A stretch of DNA of 38,352 nucleotides from a virus. Lineage: Duplodnaviria; Caudoviricetes. The DNA lies in the IMG/VR virus record IMGVR_UViG_3300005805_000007, positions 1 to 38,352 of that record. One strand, 5' to 3'. Positions 25,944 to 34,580 of this stretch are shown here, one piece after another. The translations under genes were made by a program, and so were the position numbers. Every line of letters begins with the position of its first letter. Within the stretch, counting starts at the first letter, position 1. The notes beneath the pieces were generated by a model that ran no database searches, was not told the DNA's origin, and saw nothing but the letters and a program-made list of their open reading frames with translations.

Positions 25944-26834
25944 ATGAAATTAACTAACAAACTAAATTTACCACAGCCTATTGTCAAGGCTGTTTCTAAC
26001 GACGGCTATAGCAGCGGCGATTGCGACATATCAGTCACTTCTTTGCTAAAGCCTCCTCAAATGCTGGCACTAGAAAAAAAGTTTGGTGATCAGCTTGAGG
26101 AAGATGTATCAGATCGTATTTGGAGTTTGTTAGGTCAAGTCGTACATGGCATTTTAGAAAGAGCAGAAGAAACAGCAATTGCTGAACAAAGGTTAAATAT
26201 AGAAGTAGATGGTTGGAAAGTAAGCGGACAGATGGATAGATTTCTTTTAAAAGAAGGAATCTTACAAGATTATAAATTTACTTCTGTATACAAAGTCAGA
26301 GACGGTGTACCCGAAGAATACGCAAAACAGTTGAATATTTATGCTCACATTTTGCGGAAACACGGACGCACTGTCAATAAGCTACAGATAGTAGCTATAT
26401 TGCGTGATTGGTCTAAGAACCAATATGTACGCGAAGGAGACCCCTACCCGGCACAGCAAGTAGTACTTCTTGACGTGCCGATCATACCTGATGAGGAGGT
26501 GGCAGCCTACATAGCAGAAAGAGTGGCCGTCCACAAAGCTGCTGCCTCCCAATCTCCCGAAGAACTTGCAGTCAAGTCAGCTTGCTCTGCTGAAGACAGA
26601 TGGGCAAGAGGGGATGTGTGGGCAATCGTAAAAAAAGGTCAGAAAAAAGCTACTAGACTTTGTCAAAGCGAAGAAGCAGCAAACATTGCTATTGAAGCTT
26701 TGGGTAGCGGTTACACGATTAAATATAGACCAGGAGAAAATATCAGATGTAGGAGCTATTGTCCTGCTGCTAAATTCTGTGAACAGTATAAACAATTAAA
26801 ACCAAAAGACGATGGAGAAGATGATGAGAATTAA
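25944..26834 (+). CDS. PD-(D/E)XK (Cas4/RecB-like) exonuclease
   Basis: ISVTSL, G..VH, E, SGQMD, DYK, QLNIY; C-terminal RC..YC....FC cysteine cluster. Confidence 0.85.
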   Translation: MKLTNKLNLPQPIVKAVSNDGYSSGDCDISVTSLLKPPQMLALEKKFGDQLEEDVSDRIWSLLGQVVHGILERAEETAIAEQRLNIEVDGWKVSGQMDRFLLKEGILQDYKFTSVYKVRDGVPEEYAKQLNIYAHILRKHGRTVNKLQIVAILRDWSKNQYVREGDPYPAQQVVLLDVPIIPDEEVAAYIAERVAVHKAAASQSPEELAVKSACSAEDRWARGDVWAIVKKGQKKATRLCQSEEAANIAIEALGSGYTIKYRPGENIRCRSYCPAAKFCEQYKQLKPKDDGEDDEN

Positions 26835-27054
26835 AGCCGAAGACATTAAAATGTTAATGGATTATTTGGAAAAAGAATTAGTGGATGAGGTACAAATTAC
26901 CGAAGTGTCTGCAAATTTTGCGGTATACTTTGAGTTTACTGACCTTGAAGGCAGACAATGTGAAATTACTTTATACGACGCCATGAGGGAAATGCGTCCA
27001 GATTTGATGAAAAAAATGCAACTTAAAACAAGATTAAAAAAGGAGGATCAATGA
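26812..27054 (+). CDS. Hypothetical protein (start may be 26821 or 26824)
   Basis: 80 aa; GGAG RBS; operon overlap. Confidence 0.6.
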   Translation: MEKMMRIKAEDIKMLMDYLEKELVDEVQITEVSANFAVYFEFTDLEGRQCEITLYDAMREMRPDLMKKMQLKTRLKKEDQ

Positions 27055-27254
27055 GCGACGGTATGACAGAAGCTTTTGGTAGACAAGTTATCACCAAAAA
27101 AATAAACAAGAATGTTTCAATTGATATTGATTTACGGACTAGAGCTGTTCGTATTTCTAATCATTTAGACGGCGATAATCAAGTTGAAATTAAAGCAAAA
27201 ACTTTAAATAAAATTTTAGAAAAAGTTAATGAGGTATTAGATGTTAACGAATGA
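27051..27254 (+). CDS. Hypothetical protein
   Basis: AAGGAGGA RBS; ATGA overlap. Confidence 0.65.
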   Translation: MSDGMTEAFGRQVITKKINKNVSIDIDLRTRAVRISNHLDGDNQVEIKAKTLNKILEKVNEVLDVNE

Positions 27255-27426
27255 GGATACTTACTTAAAGCTTGTTTTATTTAAAACAGCTTTGCAAGCT
27301 ATAATTATTCGAGAAGGATTATTAGAATCCAAATCTAAAGAACAGATTGCTAAGGAAGCAATGAAATACGCTGAGAGTGCTATGAGTGTTTGGGAGCAAG
27401 AAAGCTATCAAAAAAGCGTATTATAA
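27241..27426 (+). CDS. Hypothetical protein
   Basis: GAGGT RBS; IAKEAMKYAESAM helix of a type seen in small phage proteins. Confidence 0.55.
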   Translation: MLTNEDTYLKLVLFKTALQAIIIREGLLESKSKEQIAKEAMKYAESAMSVWEQESYQKSVL

Positions 27427-27440
27427 CAAAGGAGAAACAA

Positions 27441-27908
27441 ATGAGTAAATCAGGATCAGGTGCAGGTGGATGGGCCACTCGTACCAAAGCAGCTACACAA
27501 GCTGTACCGTTGACAAAAGAAACAGGGGACCGAGGGGAGCGCCGAACAGCAGTTGTTGAAGCGTTTACCCCTAAGTCTTACAAGACAGGTAGCTTTGGCG
27601 TTGAGCTGAAGTATTCCGTTGCTGGACTAAAAAAGCCAGTATACGAAAATATTGTCTTGACAAAGCTTACTGACAATGGTACTATGGAAGCTACTAAATA
27701 TGGTGAAAGTAACCTTAAAAGACGCCTTCAGGCTTTTGGACTGGATAGCGACGCAATCAATGCGTTCCCTATTCCGAAGTCTCCGAAGGATGCCGGAAAC
27801 GAAGCGTACAACCTGTCCGGTGCAAGTGTCGCTATCTACCTTGTTGATGAGGAATACCTTGGAAAGCCCACTAAGCGAGTGCGCGCTGTATTCCCGCTAA
27901 ACGGGTAG
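27441..27908 (+). CDS. Putative ssDNA-binding OB-fold protein (DUF669-like)
   Basis: AAGGAG RBS before the ATG at 27441; KTG...ELKY, LK..L.A.G, EEY.GK...RV; between nuclease and polymerase. Confidence 0.5.
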   Translation: MSKSGSGAGGWATRTKAATQAVPLTKETGDRGERRTAVVEAFTPKSYKTGSFGVELKYSVAGLKKPVYENIVLTKLTDNGTMEATKYGESNLKRRLQAFGLDSDAINAFPIPKSPKDAGNEAYNLSGASVAIYLVDEEYLGKPTKRVRAVFPLNG

Positions 27909-27944
27909 CTTATAGCCGTGAATGTAAATCGGCTCGATAGTCGT

Positions 27945-27972
27945 GGCCCCGGACTTTAAACGGGGCATTCTT
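27945..27972 (+). terminator. GC-rich hairpin before the polymerase gene (terminator or translational element)
   Basis: GCCCCG-GACTTTAAA-CGGGGC-ATTCTT. Confidence 0.4.
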
Positions 27973-27976
27973 ACAC

Positions 27977-29929
27977 ATGAACTACAAAATTGTAAAAACA
28001 TTGCAAGAATTTAAGGATATTGTTTTGCATTGGAAGGGCGAAGTCGCTTGTGACATTGAAACCCATCCAACTTGTATTCTAGGAGTTTCTTTAGCTACCT
28101 CGGAAAAAACAGACAATGTAAATTCATTGTACATACCATTTAAAGTATATGATAAAAAAACTTCAACTTTTCTTGATTACGCTGATAAAGATCTTTGCGC
28201 TTCTCTCGGCTCTTGGCTTACTGACTATCGTCTTGTGGGCCATAATTTTACTTATGATAAAACTCATCTTGATAAGCACTATGGTATCAACACCCAATGG
28301 ATGGCCGATACCAGGATAATGTGGCATTTAGCTTCTGCTCCGGCTGGGCCCAGACCTTATGGCCTTAAAGACGCCCAGGTAGAAATTTTAGGCATGCAGG
28401 AAAAAGGAAGTTTAGAGCTTAAGCAAAACATAAAAGCTAACGGCGGAAAAGGTGATGGGTCAGATATGCATTTAGCTGACTTAGAGGTGTTAGCTAAATA
28501 CGCAGCTTTAGACGCCTACTCAACAATACAGTTGTATAACAAATTGGCATCTTTTTTTAACACCCATGACTATTGGTGGATGCTTGACCAAATGATGCAA
28601 TATGCTATTTTATTACAGAAAAACACAGATAGCGGCGTGCTAGTGGACGTACCTGGTTTAGAAAAAGCACATAACAGGCTATTGAGGACGAAAGAAGCCG
28701 CTAAATCTAGATTTTACAAGGAGCTTAAAGATGAAATTAGTTCCCTCGAAAAAGACTGGGCAGATCGTAGAATTGCCGAGTATAAACGAGAAAGCAACAA
28801 GACTTGGTATGCTAGTCATCCTGAAAAATGGGAAAGGTTTAACCTCAATTCTGACGCGCACAAAAGGGAATTGTTTTTTGAAAAACTCGGCCATACTCCC
28901 ACTAACTTCACTGAGGGAGGCAAACCTAGTGTGGACGGGGACAGCATCAAACGGCTGTCAGGTAGTTTTGTGGAGGCTTACTTAAAATATGAAAAAGCTA
29001 ATACATTATCTACTAACTTTTCTGGACCTTATCTCTCAAGCTGTGGAGACGGTAGGCTTCATCCTGGCTTTAACATCTGCGGTACTGTTTCTTATCGTCT
29101 CTCAGGTTTTAAGCCATATCTACTTAATGCTCCGTTTGACGAAAAAGCGATACTTAAAAATCTTAAGTGCGACGAAGGATATGTTGGTGTACACGCCGAC
29201 TTATCCGCCATCGAACCCACAGTCACCGCCCACTACAGTGAAGACCCGTCGCTCCTCAAAGTATTCCGAGACGGCTTAGGTGATATTTATCTTGACTTGG
29301 CATTAGAATTGTTTAAAGATGATAAGGAGCTTCATTATGGGTACAATCCTAATATACCAATCACAGCGGAAGTCAAAGAACAATTTGCAAAGCAACGGAA
29401 GGTTGCAAAGGTTATCCAGCTTGCTGTTCAATACACAGGCACTAAGCACACAGTGTCTAAAAATCTTACAAAAGAAGGCATCCCAACTACTGTCGAACAA
29501 GCCGATGAATACGTAAAAGCCTACTGGCGTAAGTTTGATGCAGTTAGAAAGTTTAATTATCAACTACGTGAAGTTAATCGAAAAGACGGTTATCTTCGCA
29601 ATATTACCGGGAGGATAATACGTGTCCCTGATCCAGAATATAAAGACTTACCTAACAGGTTCGTACAAAGCAGTGCGCACGACATACTCATATTATGGGT
29701 GCTTAGTATCTATAGGCATTGCGAGAAAGAAGGCATTAAAATCAAGCCTATCTTACTTGATTGTCACGATAGTACCAGCAACCAAGTACCTAAAGAACAA
29801 GCCGAGAGACTTCGACAAATATACGCCTCCACCCTCAAGCTTTTAAATCAAGAGCTTGGATTGTGCGTAAACATTAAAGCGGAGTCTAAGTTTTTTACAA
29901 CTTTAGCCGGATTGAAAAATGAAGAATAG
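27977..29929 (+). CDS. Family A DNA polymerase with 3'-5' exonuclease, divergent
   Basis: Exo I DIET, Exo II HNFTYD, Exo III YAALD; motif A DLSAIE, motif B RKVAKVIQLAVQY, motif C CHDS. Confidence 0.9.
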   Translation: MNYKIVKTLQEFKDIVLHWKGEVACDIETHPTCILGVSLATSEKTDNVNSLYIPFKVYDKKTSTFLDYADKDLCASLGSWLTDYRLVGHNFTYDKTHLDKHYGINTQWMADTRIMWHLASAPAGPRPYGLKDAQVEILGMQEKGSLELKQNIKANGGKGDGSDMHLADLEVLAKYAALDAYSTIQLYNKLASFFNTHDYWWMLDQMMQYAILLQKNTDSGVLVDVPGLEKAHNRLLRTKEAAKSRFYKELKDEISSLEKDWADRRIAEYKRESNKTWYASHPEKWERFNLNSDAHKRELFFEKLGHTPTNFTEGGKPSVDGDSIKRLSGSFVEAYLKYEKANTLSTNFSGPYLSSCGDGRLHPGFNICGTVSYRLSGFKPYLLNAPFDEKAILKNLKCDEGYVGVHADLSAIEPTVTAHYSEDPSLLKVFRDGLGDIYLDLALELFKDDKELHYGYNPNIPITAEVKEQFAKQRKVAKVIQLAVQYTGTKHTVSKNLTKEGIPTTVEQADEYVKAYWRKFDAVRKFNYQLREVNRKDGYLRNITGRIIRVPDPEYKDLPNRFVQSSAHDILILWVLSIYRHCEKEGIKIKPILLDCHDSTSNQVPKEQAERLRQIYASTLKLLNQELGLCVNIKAESKFFTTLAGLKNEE

Positions 29930-29931
29930 GC

Positions 29932-29960
29932 TTGACTTTAACATTGTGTTATGGTACAAT
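29932..29960 (+). promoter_or_regulatory. sigma70 promoter TTGACT-17-(TGG)TACAAT
   Basis: Immediately after the polymerase stop, upstream of the GGAG RBS and ATG at 29982. Confidence 0.7.
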
Positions 29961-29981
29961 GCTTATAAGAATGGAGTAATA

Positions 29982-30773
29982 ATGAAAAACCTAGTGTTAA
30001 TTATTTCAGTTATACTGCTAACGTCGATGTGTTCAGGATGTAAAGCAGTTGCAGATAGTAATAATATTGAATTGTCAAGCGATAATTTAATTCAAATTAA
30101 TTTGCCAATTATAGGATCTACTGCAGCAGTAGTTCAAAAACAACTACTAGAAAAAGATTCTAAGCTTAAAAAAGGCAAACCAATTTATCTTGTTCTTAAC
30201 ACCCCAGGCGGAAGCATTCAAGATGGTCTCATGATTATTGAAACAGCTAAAAGCTTAAAGCGCCCTGTACATACCATTAGCATTTTTAGTGCTAGCATGG
30301 GTTTTGTTATTTCTCAATATTTGGATGACAGATATGCTTTAGAGTCTGCAATCATTATGACCCACAAAGCGCGGGTAGGAGGGGTAGGCGGCGATGTTCC
30401 GGGAAGTTTTATTAATATGGCTAATTATCTGCTTAATTATGTTAATAGCATCAATGGACGGATTGCTAAACGTAGTGGAAAAGAGCTTGAAGATTATAAT
30501 CGGTTAATTGAATCAGATTTCTGGATGGGAACTGAAGCAGCTTTAGATCATAATTTTCTTGATAAACAAGTTACAATTTCTTGTGATAGTTCGCTACGAG
30601 ATTATGCTGAACCTCAAGAAGTTGATCTAGGATTCTTTGCTGTAACTGTACAGTTTCACAAATGTCCTTTGATTACTCAGCCTCAACTTGTTAAAGGCGA
30701 ATCCAGGGCGTTTGAATTGATTATAAACAACAAAAAAGAGTTCATTAACAGATTCCCTCATTTATTTCAATAA
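29982..30773 (+). CDS. ClpP-like (S14) serine protease with N-terminal signal peptide
   Basis: PIYLVLNTPGG, SASMG (Ser), IMTH (His), DFWM (Asp); leader MKNLVLIISVILLTSMCSGC. Confidence 0.8.
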   Translation: MKNLVLIISVILLTSMCSGCKAVADSNNIELSSDNLIQINLPIIGSTAAVVQKQLLEKDSKLKKGKPIYLVLNTPGGSIQDGLMIIETAKSLKRPVHTISIFSASMGFVISQYLDDRYALESAIIMTHKARVGGVGGDVPGSFINMANYLLNYVNSINGRIAKRSGKELEDYNRLIESDFWMGTEAALDHNFLDKQVTISCDSSLRDYAEPQEVDLGFFAVTVQFHKCPLITQPQLVKGESRAFELIINNKKEFINRFPHLFQ

Positions 30774-30784
30774 GGAGATGTGAT

Positions 30785-31555
30785 GTGGATGGTTATACTT
30801 ATAGCCTCTTTTCTAGTACCGCTGATTATGGCCCTAAGCCTCGTTTTGTGGATGCTCTACAAGATGACCTTGTCGGGTTTGTATCTATCTATCAAGTTAC
30901 AAAAGAGACGGCACAGGCCATTGAGCAGGCTGGAACTGTTAAGGGATTTAAGGGTATTGTCTGGTCAGAAAGACTCTGGCTCGACTTCGACGACGAATTG
31001 GCCGCCCGAAGGGCCGAAAGCAAGCTAAAGGAGATGGGATATGACTATGTTTGCTACACGACTGGTAATCGCGGCCTTCACTTTGGTGTACTGCGTGACC
31101 ATGGCCCCAGTCATTTACTCCCTTTACTGGATAAATCGTGGGTTAAAGCGAATTTCCCGGAAGCCGACACCTCAATCTACACCCATTTACATCCGTTCAG
31201 AGTACCGGGAACTACCCATGAAAAAACAGGAAGAAAAAAGCTTCTCTTATTTAAACGAGAAGGAAGTTCGCTCATACTTCCCCCACTTAAAAGGGAAGAA
31301 GTGCACATTGTTTCTGCTGGACAAAAAGAAGGAAAAAGCGTATTTGATTGTTTCTTCGTGATGGCCAACACTGTACCAGTAGATCCTGGACAGAGGCACG
31401 TCACTCTGGTAAAGTTGATTAACGCCTTAAAGAATGATGCAGGCGTCAGTATGGATATAGCATTGTGGTGGGTGAGCGAGTGGAACAAGATGTTAAGCGA
31501 ACCAAAGGAAGATTATGAGCTTGAAAAAGCCATTAGATCAATATACGAAAGATGA
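30785..31555 (+). CDS. AEP-family primase-polymerase with PriCT-like C-terminus
   Basis: LWLDFD, TGNRGLH, DTSIY...FRVPGT.HEKTG; C-terminal PGQRH..L. Confidence 0.8.
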   Translation: MDGYTYSLFSSTADYGPKPRFVDALQDDLVGFVSIYQVTKETAQAIEQAGTVKGFKGIVWSERLWLDFDDELAARRAESKLKEMGYDYVCYTTGNRGLHFGVLRDHGPSHLLPLLDKSWVKANFPEADTSIYTHLHPFRVPGTTHEKTGRKKLLLFKREGSSLILPPLKREEVHIVSAGQKEGKSVFDCFFVMANTVPVDPGQRHVTLVKLINALKNDAGVSMDIALWWVSEWNKMLSEPKEDYELEKAIRSIYER

Positions 31556-31883
31556 GATTGATAAATATCGATTTCAATTCGTTAAAAATACCCTGCGCAG
31601 GGCTAGCTACAGATGGCCTTGGCGAAACATCGCAATTAAGCGAGCTTGGGTAGAAAGAGGTAAATACCTATGCGAAAAGTGCAACACAATAGTGCCCGCA
31701 AAAGAAAAGCAGTTAGACCACGTAAAGCCCGTAGTGGACATAAAAAAGGGCTTCGAAGGTTGGGACGTGTACTGCGAGAGATTGTTCACAAATGCCTTGG
31801 GATTCAAGGTTCTGTGTTTGAATTGCCACGGGTCAAAAACAAAAAAGGAAAACACAGCGAGAAGGAAGTATAAAAATGGCTAA
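31515..31883 (+). CDS. HNH endonuclease
   Basis: CEKC...LDHVKPV...VLCLNCH..KT. Confidence 0.85.
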   Translation: MSLKKPLDQYTKDEIDKYRFQFVKNTLRRASYRWPWRNIAIKRAWVERGKYLCEKCNTIVPAKEKQLDHVKPVVDIKKGFEGWDVYCERLFTNALGFKVLCLNCHGSKTKKENTARRKYKNG

Positions 31884-32568
31884 AGTATTGGTTATAGCTG
31901 ATACGCAGGCACCGTTTATACATCAAGATTACCTGCGATTTTTAAAAGCAGTACAAAAGAAATTCAAAACAACAATCACAGTTCACGTGGGTGATTTGGT
32001 AGACCATCACGCTTTGGGCGATTGGGATCACGATCCAGATGGATTTAGCGCAGGCGATGAGTTAAAAGAAGCAATTAAACAACTACAACCTTATTACAAA
32101 GCTTTTCCTAACATGAAAGTTTGTAAAGGCAACCATGATGAAAGAATCTTTAGACGTGCAATGAAGCACGGGATTCCTCGGGCGTATCTGAGAGAATACC
32201 GAGAGTTTTTAGCAGCACCTAAAGGCTGGAAATGGCAAGACCGTGTTGAGATCGACAGTGTCGTATATAAACACGGATTAGGGTATTCCGGTGTTACCGG
32301 TGCCATTAACGCCGCTAAGGATGAGCTTAAATCATGTGTGATTGGCCATTTGCATGCTGACGCTGGGGTGCTATTCTGGGCCAACTCGCAAGTGTTGTTA
32401 TTTGGTATGAATGTAGGCTCAGGTATAGATAAAGATTCATACGCTTTTGAGTATGGTAAACATATGCGTAAAAAACCCATACTTAGCTGTGGTGTAGTAG
32501 TAGATGGCAATCCTGTTCTTGTTACCATGCATTTAAACAAACGAGGAAGGTGGACGGGTAAATTATGA
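31876..32568 (+). CDS. Calcineurin-like metallophosphoesterase
   Basis: IADTQ, GDLVD, GNHD, HG and GHLH motifs. Confidence 0.85.
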   Translation: MAKVLVIADTQAPFIHQDYLRFLKAVQKKFKTTITVHVGDLVDHHALGDWDHDPDGFSAGDELKEAIKQLQPYYKAFPNMKVCKGNHDERIFRRAMKHGIPRAYLREYREFLAAPKGWKWQDRVEIDSVVYKHGLGYSGVTGAINAAKDELKSCVIGHLHADAGVLFWANSQVLLFGMNVGSGIDKDSYAFEYGKHMRKKPILSCGVVVDGNPVLVTMHLNKRGRWTGKL

Positions 32569-32777
32569 AAAAAATAGCACTTACGTTTACTCAGTGGGTT
32601 ATTGTTGCTTTATCGGCTGTAATTGGTGTGATGGCTGTAGCTTTAAAATTACAAAGCAATGCTCTTAAATCAGCAAAGCTTAAGCTTTTGGAAAAGGAAC
32701 TTGACATTGCGATTGCGAAAGATGATGAAAACATCGCTCAAAAAAAGAAAAAACTAAGGGAGGCTAAAAAACAATGA
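32565..32777 (+). CDS. N-terminal TM plus coiled-coil protein (i-spanin-like topology)
   Basis: WVIVALSAVIGVMAVAL followed by a K/E-rich helix. Confidence 0.5.
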   Translation: MKKIALTFTQWVIVALSAVIGVMAVALKLQSNALKSAKLKLLEKELDIAIAKDDENIAQKKKKLREAKKQ

Positions 32778-32902
32778 AATGGACACCGATGCTTATTGTT
32801 TATTTAGTTCTTTTAGTCATGATGATATTCATGGTAAGAGAATTAAATAAATGTACTGAAAATTTACGCAAACAAAGAATACATATACTTCCAGTGGAGT
32901 AA
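32774..32902 (+). CDS. 42-aa membrane peptide (MKWTPMLIVYLVLLVMMIFMV...)
   Basis: Translated manually; GGAGG RBS, ATGA overlap. Confidence 0.6.
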   Translation: MKWTPMLIVYLVLLVMMIFMVRELNKCTENLRKQRIHILPVE

Positions 32903-32904
32903 AT

Positions 32905-33162
32905 ATGAAACCTAAAATGCACAGAGATCTTCCTATTGTTTTAATTGAAGCAGTTGATCATTGTATGGACACACCTCGGAATCTTCGTGAAGATGTTATG
33001 AAATTTGAGGTAGTAGGTATTCTTTTTGCCGAAACTAAAGATGCCTGGTATTTAGCAAGTTGGCTGTTTATGCGAGATATAAATGACGCTAACAATGAAG
33101 GTTTTATGATTGTTAAAACGCCCGGGGCGAAAATAACGGTGCTGGGCAAGGTTGGTAAATGA
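32905..33162 (+). CDS. Hypothetical protein
   Basis: 85 aa; GGAG RBS; DH..., VGIL..ET pattern. Confidence 0.6.
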   Translation: MKPKMHRDLPIVLIEAVDHCMDTPRNLREDVMKFEVVGILFAETKDAWYLASWLFMRDINDANNEGFMIVKTPGAKITVLGKVGK

Positions 33163-33398
33163 AGAAGCTATTGATATTACTGTTATCCGCTCAAATATCT
33201 TTTGCTGACTGTCCAAAAGCTTTACGTGCTTGCGAAGAAGTGATAGTGGCTCAAGATCAAGCTATTGACAATTTAAAAAAACAAGTTATAATCCTAAAAG
33301 AAGAAGTCGAAAGAGAAAAACGCAATACACCAACTTGGGTGTTAATAGTTGGAGGAATGGCGTTAGGTATTGTTTCATACTCTTTAACGAGGAAGTGA
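33159..33398 (+). CDS. Exported coiled-coil protein with C-terminal TM (spanin-like topology)
   Basis: Signal peptide MKKLLILLLSAQISFA, heptad repeats, then WVLIVGGMALGIVSYSL. Confidence 0.5.
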   Translation: MKKLLILLLSAQISFADCPKALRACEEVIVAQDQAIDNLKKQVIILKEEVEREKRNTPTWVLIVGGMALGIVSYSLTRK

Positions 33399-33399
33399 T

Positions 33400-33891
33400 A
33401 TGAAAAAATTAGCGTTATTTTTGTTAGTTTTTATTGTAGGATGCGGTAGAGCTGGCACTTGGCCCGCATACGTTAAAATTGACAAAGGAACAAATGCTTT
33501 TGTTTCTAACTTTACTATTCAATATACCCTTGAGCTTAATGAACAACTTAAAACTGAAGCATTACAATTTAATCCATCCGATCCAGACAAGATAAGAGCT
33601 TTTCCTATTATCGTCAGATATTCAGAATCAGAAAGTGAAATGGGGGCAGCAGGCACAGCAGAGAAAGATGGTTATAGCTGTATCGTTACAATCTACCCCG
33701 TAGCCCTTAGAAGCGACATCCTAAAGACAGTACTGTGGCACGAGTATGGACATTGTTTAGGGTTGGACCACATAAACGTTAGCAGTGAGATTATGTCGCC
33801 AGGAGTGTTTCAGTTTAGGTATTATAAGAAAACTGCAGTAGATAGGTTTTTAAATGAATTTAATATGATTCTGCGTATGGTGTCTCGATGA
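33400..33891 (+). CDS. Lipoprotein metzincin (matrixin-like) Zn metalloprotease
   Basis: Lipobox IVG-C; HEYGHCLGLDH; Met-turn IMSP. Confidence 0.85.
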   Translation: MKKLALFLLVFIVGCGRAGTWPAYVKIDKGTNAFVSNFTIQYTLELNEQLKTEALQFNPSDPDKIRAFPIIVRYSESESEMGAAGTAEKDGYSCIVTIYPVALRSDILKTVLWHEYGHCLGLDHINVSSEIMSPGVFQFRYYKKTAVDRFLNEFNMILRMVSR

Positions 33892-34193
33892 AGGGAAAAA
33901 AGTTTGATGAAGGTAAAATACGAGTAGATTTACTGCCTTCTGAGCCGTTATTCGAAGTAGCTAAAGTTCTTACTTTTGGTGCCAATAAGTACGGCGAACA
34001 CAATTGGCGAAAAGGCATAGAATGGTCTCGGGTTTATGCAGCAGCACAGAGACATTTAATGAAATGGAATAAGGGCGAAACATACGACGATGAGACAGAT
34101 ATAAACCATTTAGCCCATGCTTGCGCTAATCTTTTATTCTTACTATACTACTCTGAGTACAATGAGGATTTAGATGACAGATTCAAAAGATAA
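33888..34193 (+). CDS. dATP/dGTP diphosphohydrolase domain protein (DUF5664)
   Basis: KFD.GK.R.DLLP...V..FGA.KY...NW.KG...AA.RH...W..GE..D.E...HLAHA.ANL.FL. Confidence 0.85.
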   Translation: MKGKKFDEGKIRVDLLPSEPLFEVAKVLTFGANKYGEHNWRKGIEWSRVYAAAQRHLMKWNKGETYDDETDINHLAHACANLLFLLYYSEYNEDLDDRFKR

Positions 34194-34401
34194 TTTTTGT
34201 TGTTTAAACGCTAAGAATTTGTATGAAATGTGCGTTACCTGTTATAACGCTTTTTTTAATGATCCCTCTTTTACAGAAGCTATGAGAGAATGCTGGGATG
34301 CGGAACCGCAGGTGTCATCGTCAGCGTCGGTATGCGAATGCGGAAGCGAAGCGTCAGGTGGCACTACCCATAGCCATTGGTGTCCAAAAGGTGTTAAATG
34401 A
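34174..34401 (+). CDS. Cys-rich small protein with CECG...HS.WCP motif
   Basis: GAGGA RBS; 75 aa. Confidence 0.55.
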   Translation: MTDSKDNFCCLNAKNLYEMCVTCYNAFFNDPSFTEAMRECWDAEPQVSSSASVCECGSEASGGTTHSHWCPKGVK

Positions 34402-34580
34402 GAATACATTGCAAGGACTGCAAAAAGGAAACTGATCATGTTGACCAAGGTAATGATATTAGGCCTGATAAGCGTTTCTACTGCTCTATATGCCGTACCT
34501 CTAACGTCAAAAAAGTGTCCAGTGACGATGGTAGTAAATCACACAAAAAAATGGACAGACGGCGACCAAAGGGCTCTTAA
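34398..34580 (+). CDS. Possible Zn-ribbon protein (CKDC...CSIC)
   Basis: ATGA coupling, AAGGT RBS; overlaps 34438 in another frame. Confidence 0.4.
   Translation: MRIHCKDCKKETDHVDQGNDIRPDKRFYCSICRTSNVKKVSSDDGSKSHKKMDRRRPKGS

Noticed and set aside
25944-26834. Cas4-like nuclease as part of a CRISPR system
   Set aside because: No repeat-spacer array or other cas genes were seen; stand-alone PD-(D/E)XK nucleases are routine in phage replication modules.
30780-31361. Hydrophobic ORFs 30780..31028 and 31041..31361 overlapping the primase
   Set aside because: Alternative frames of a gene with clear AEP motifs. They have SD-like sequences and TM-like starts, so they are not fully excluded, but nothing else supports them.
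27977-34193. 2-aminoadenine (Z-genome) system
   Set aside because: No PurZ (adenylosuccinate synthetase-like) or HD-family dATPase is recognisable; DUF5664 alone is insufficient.
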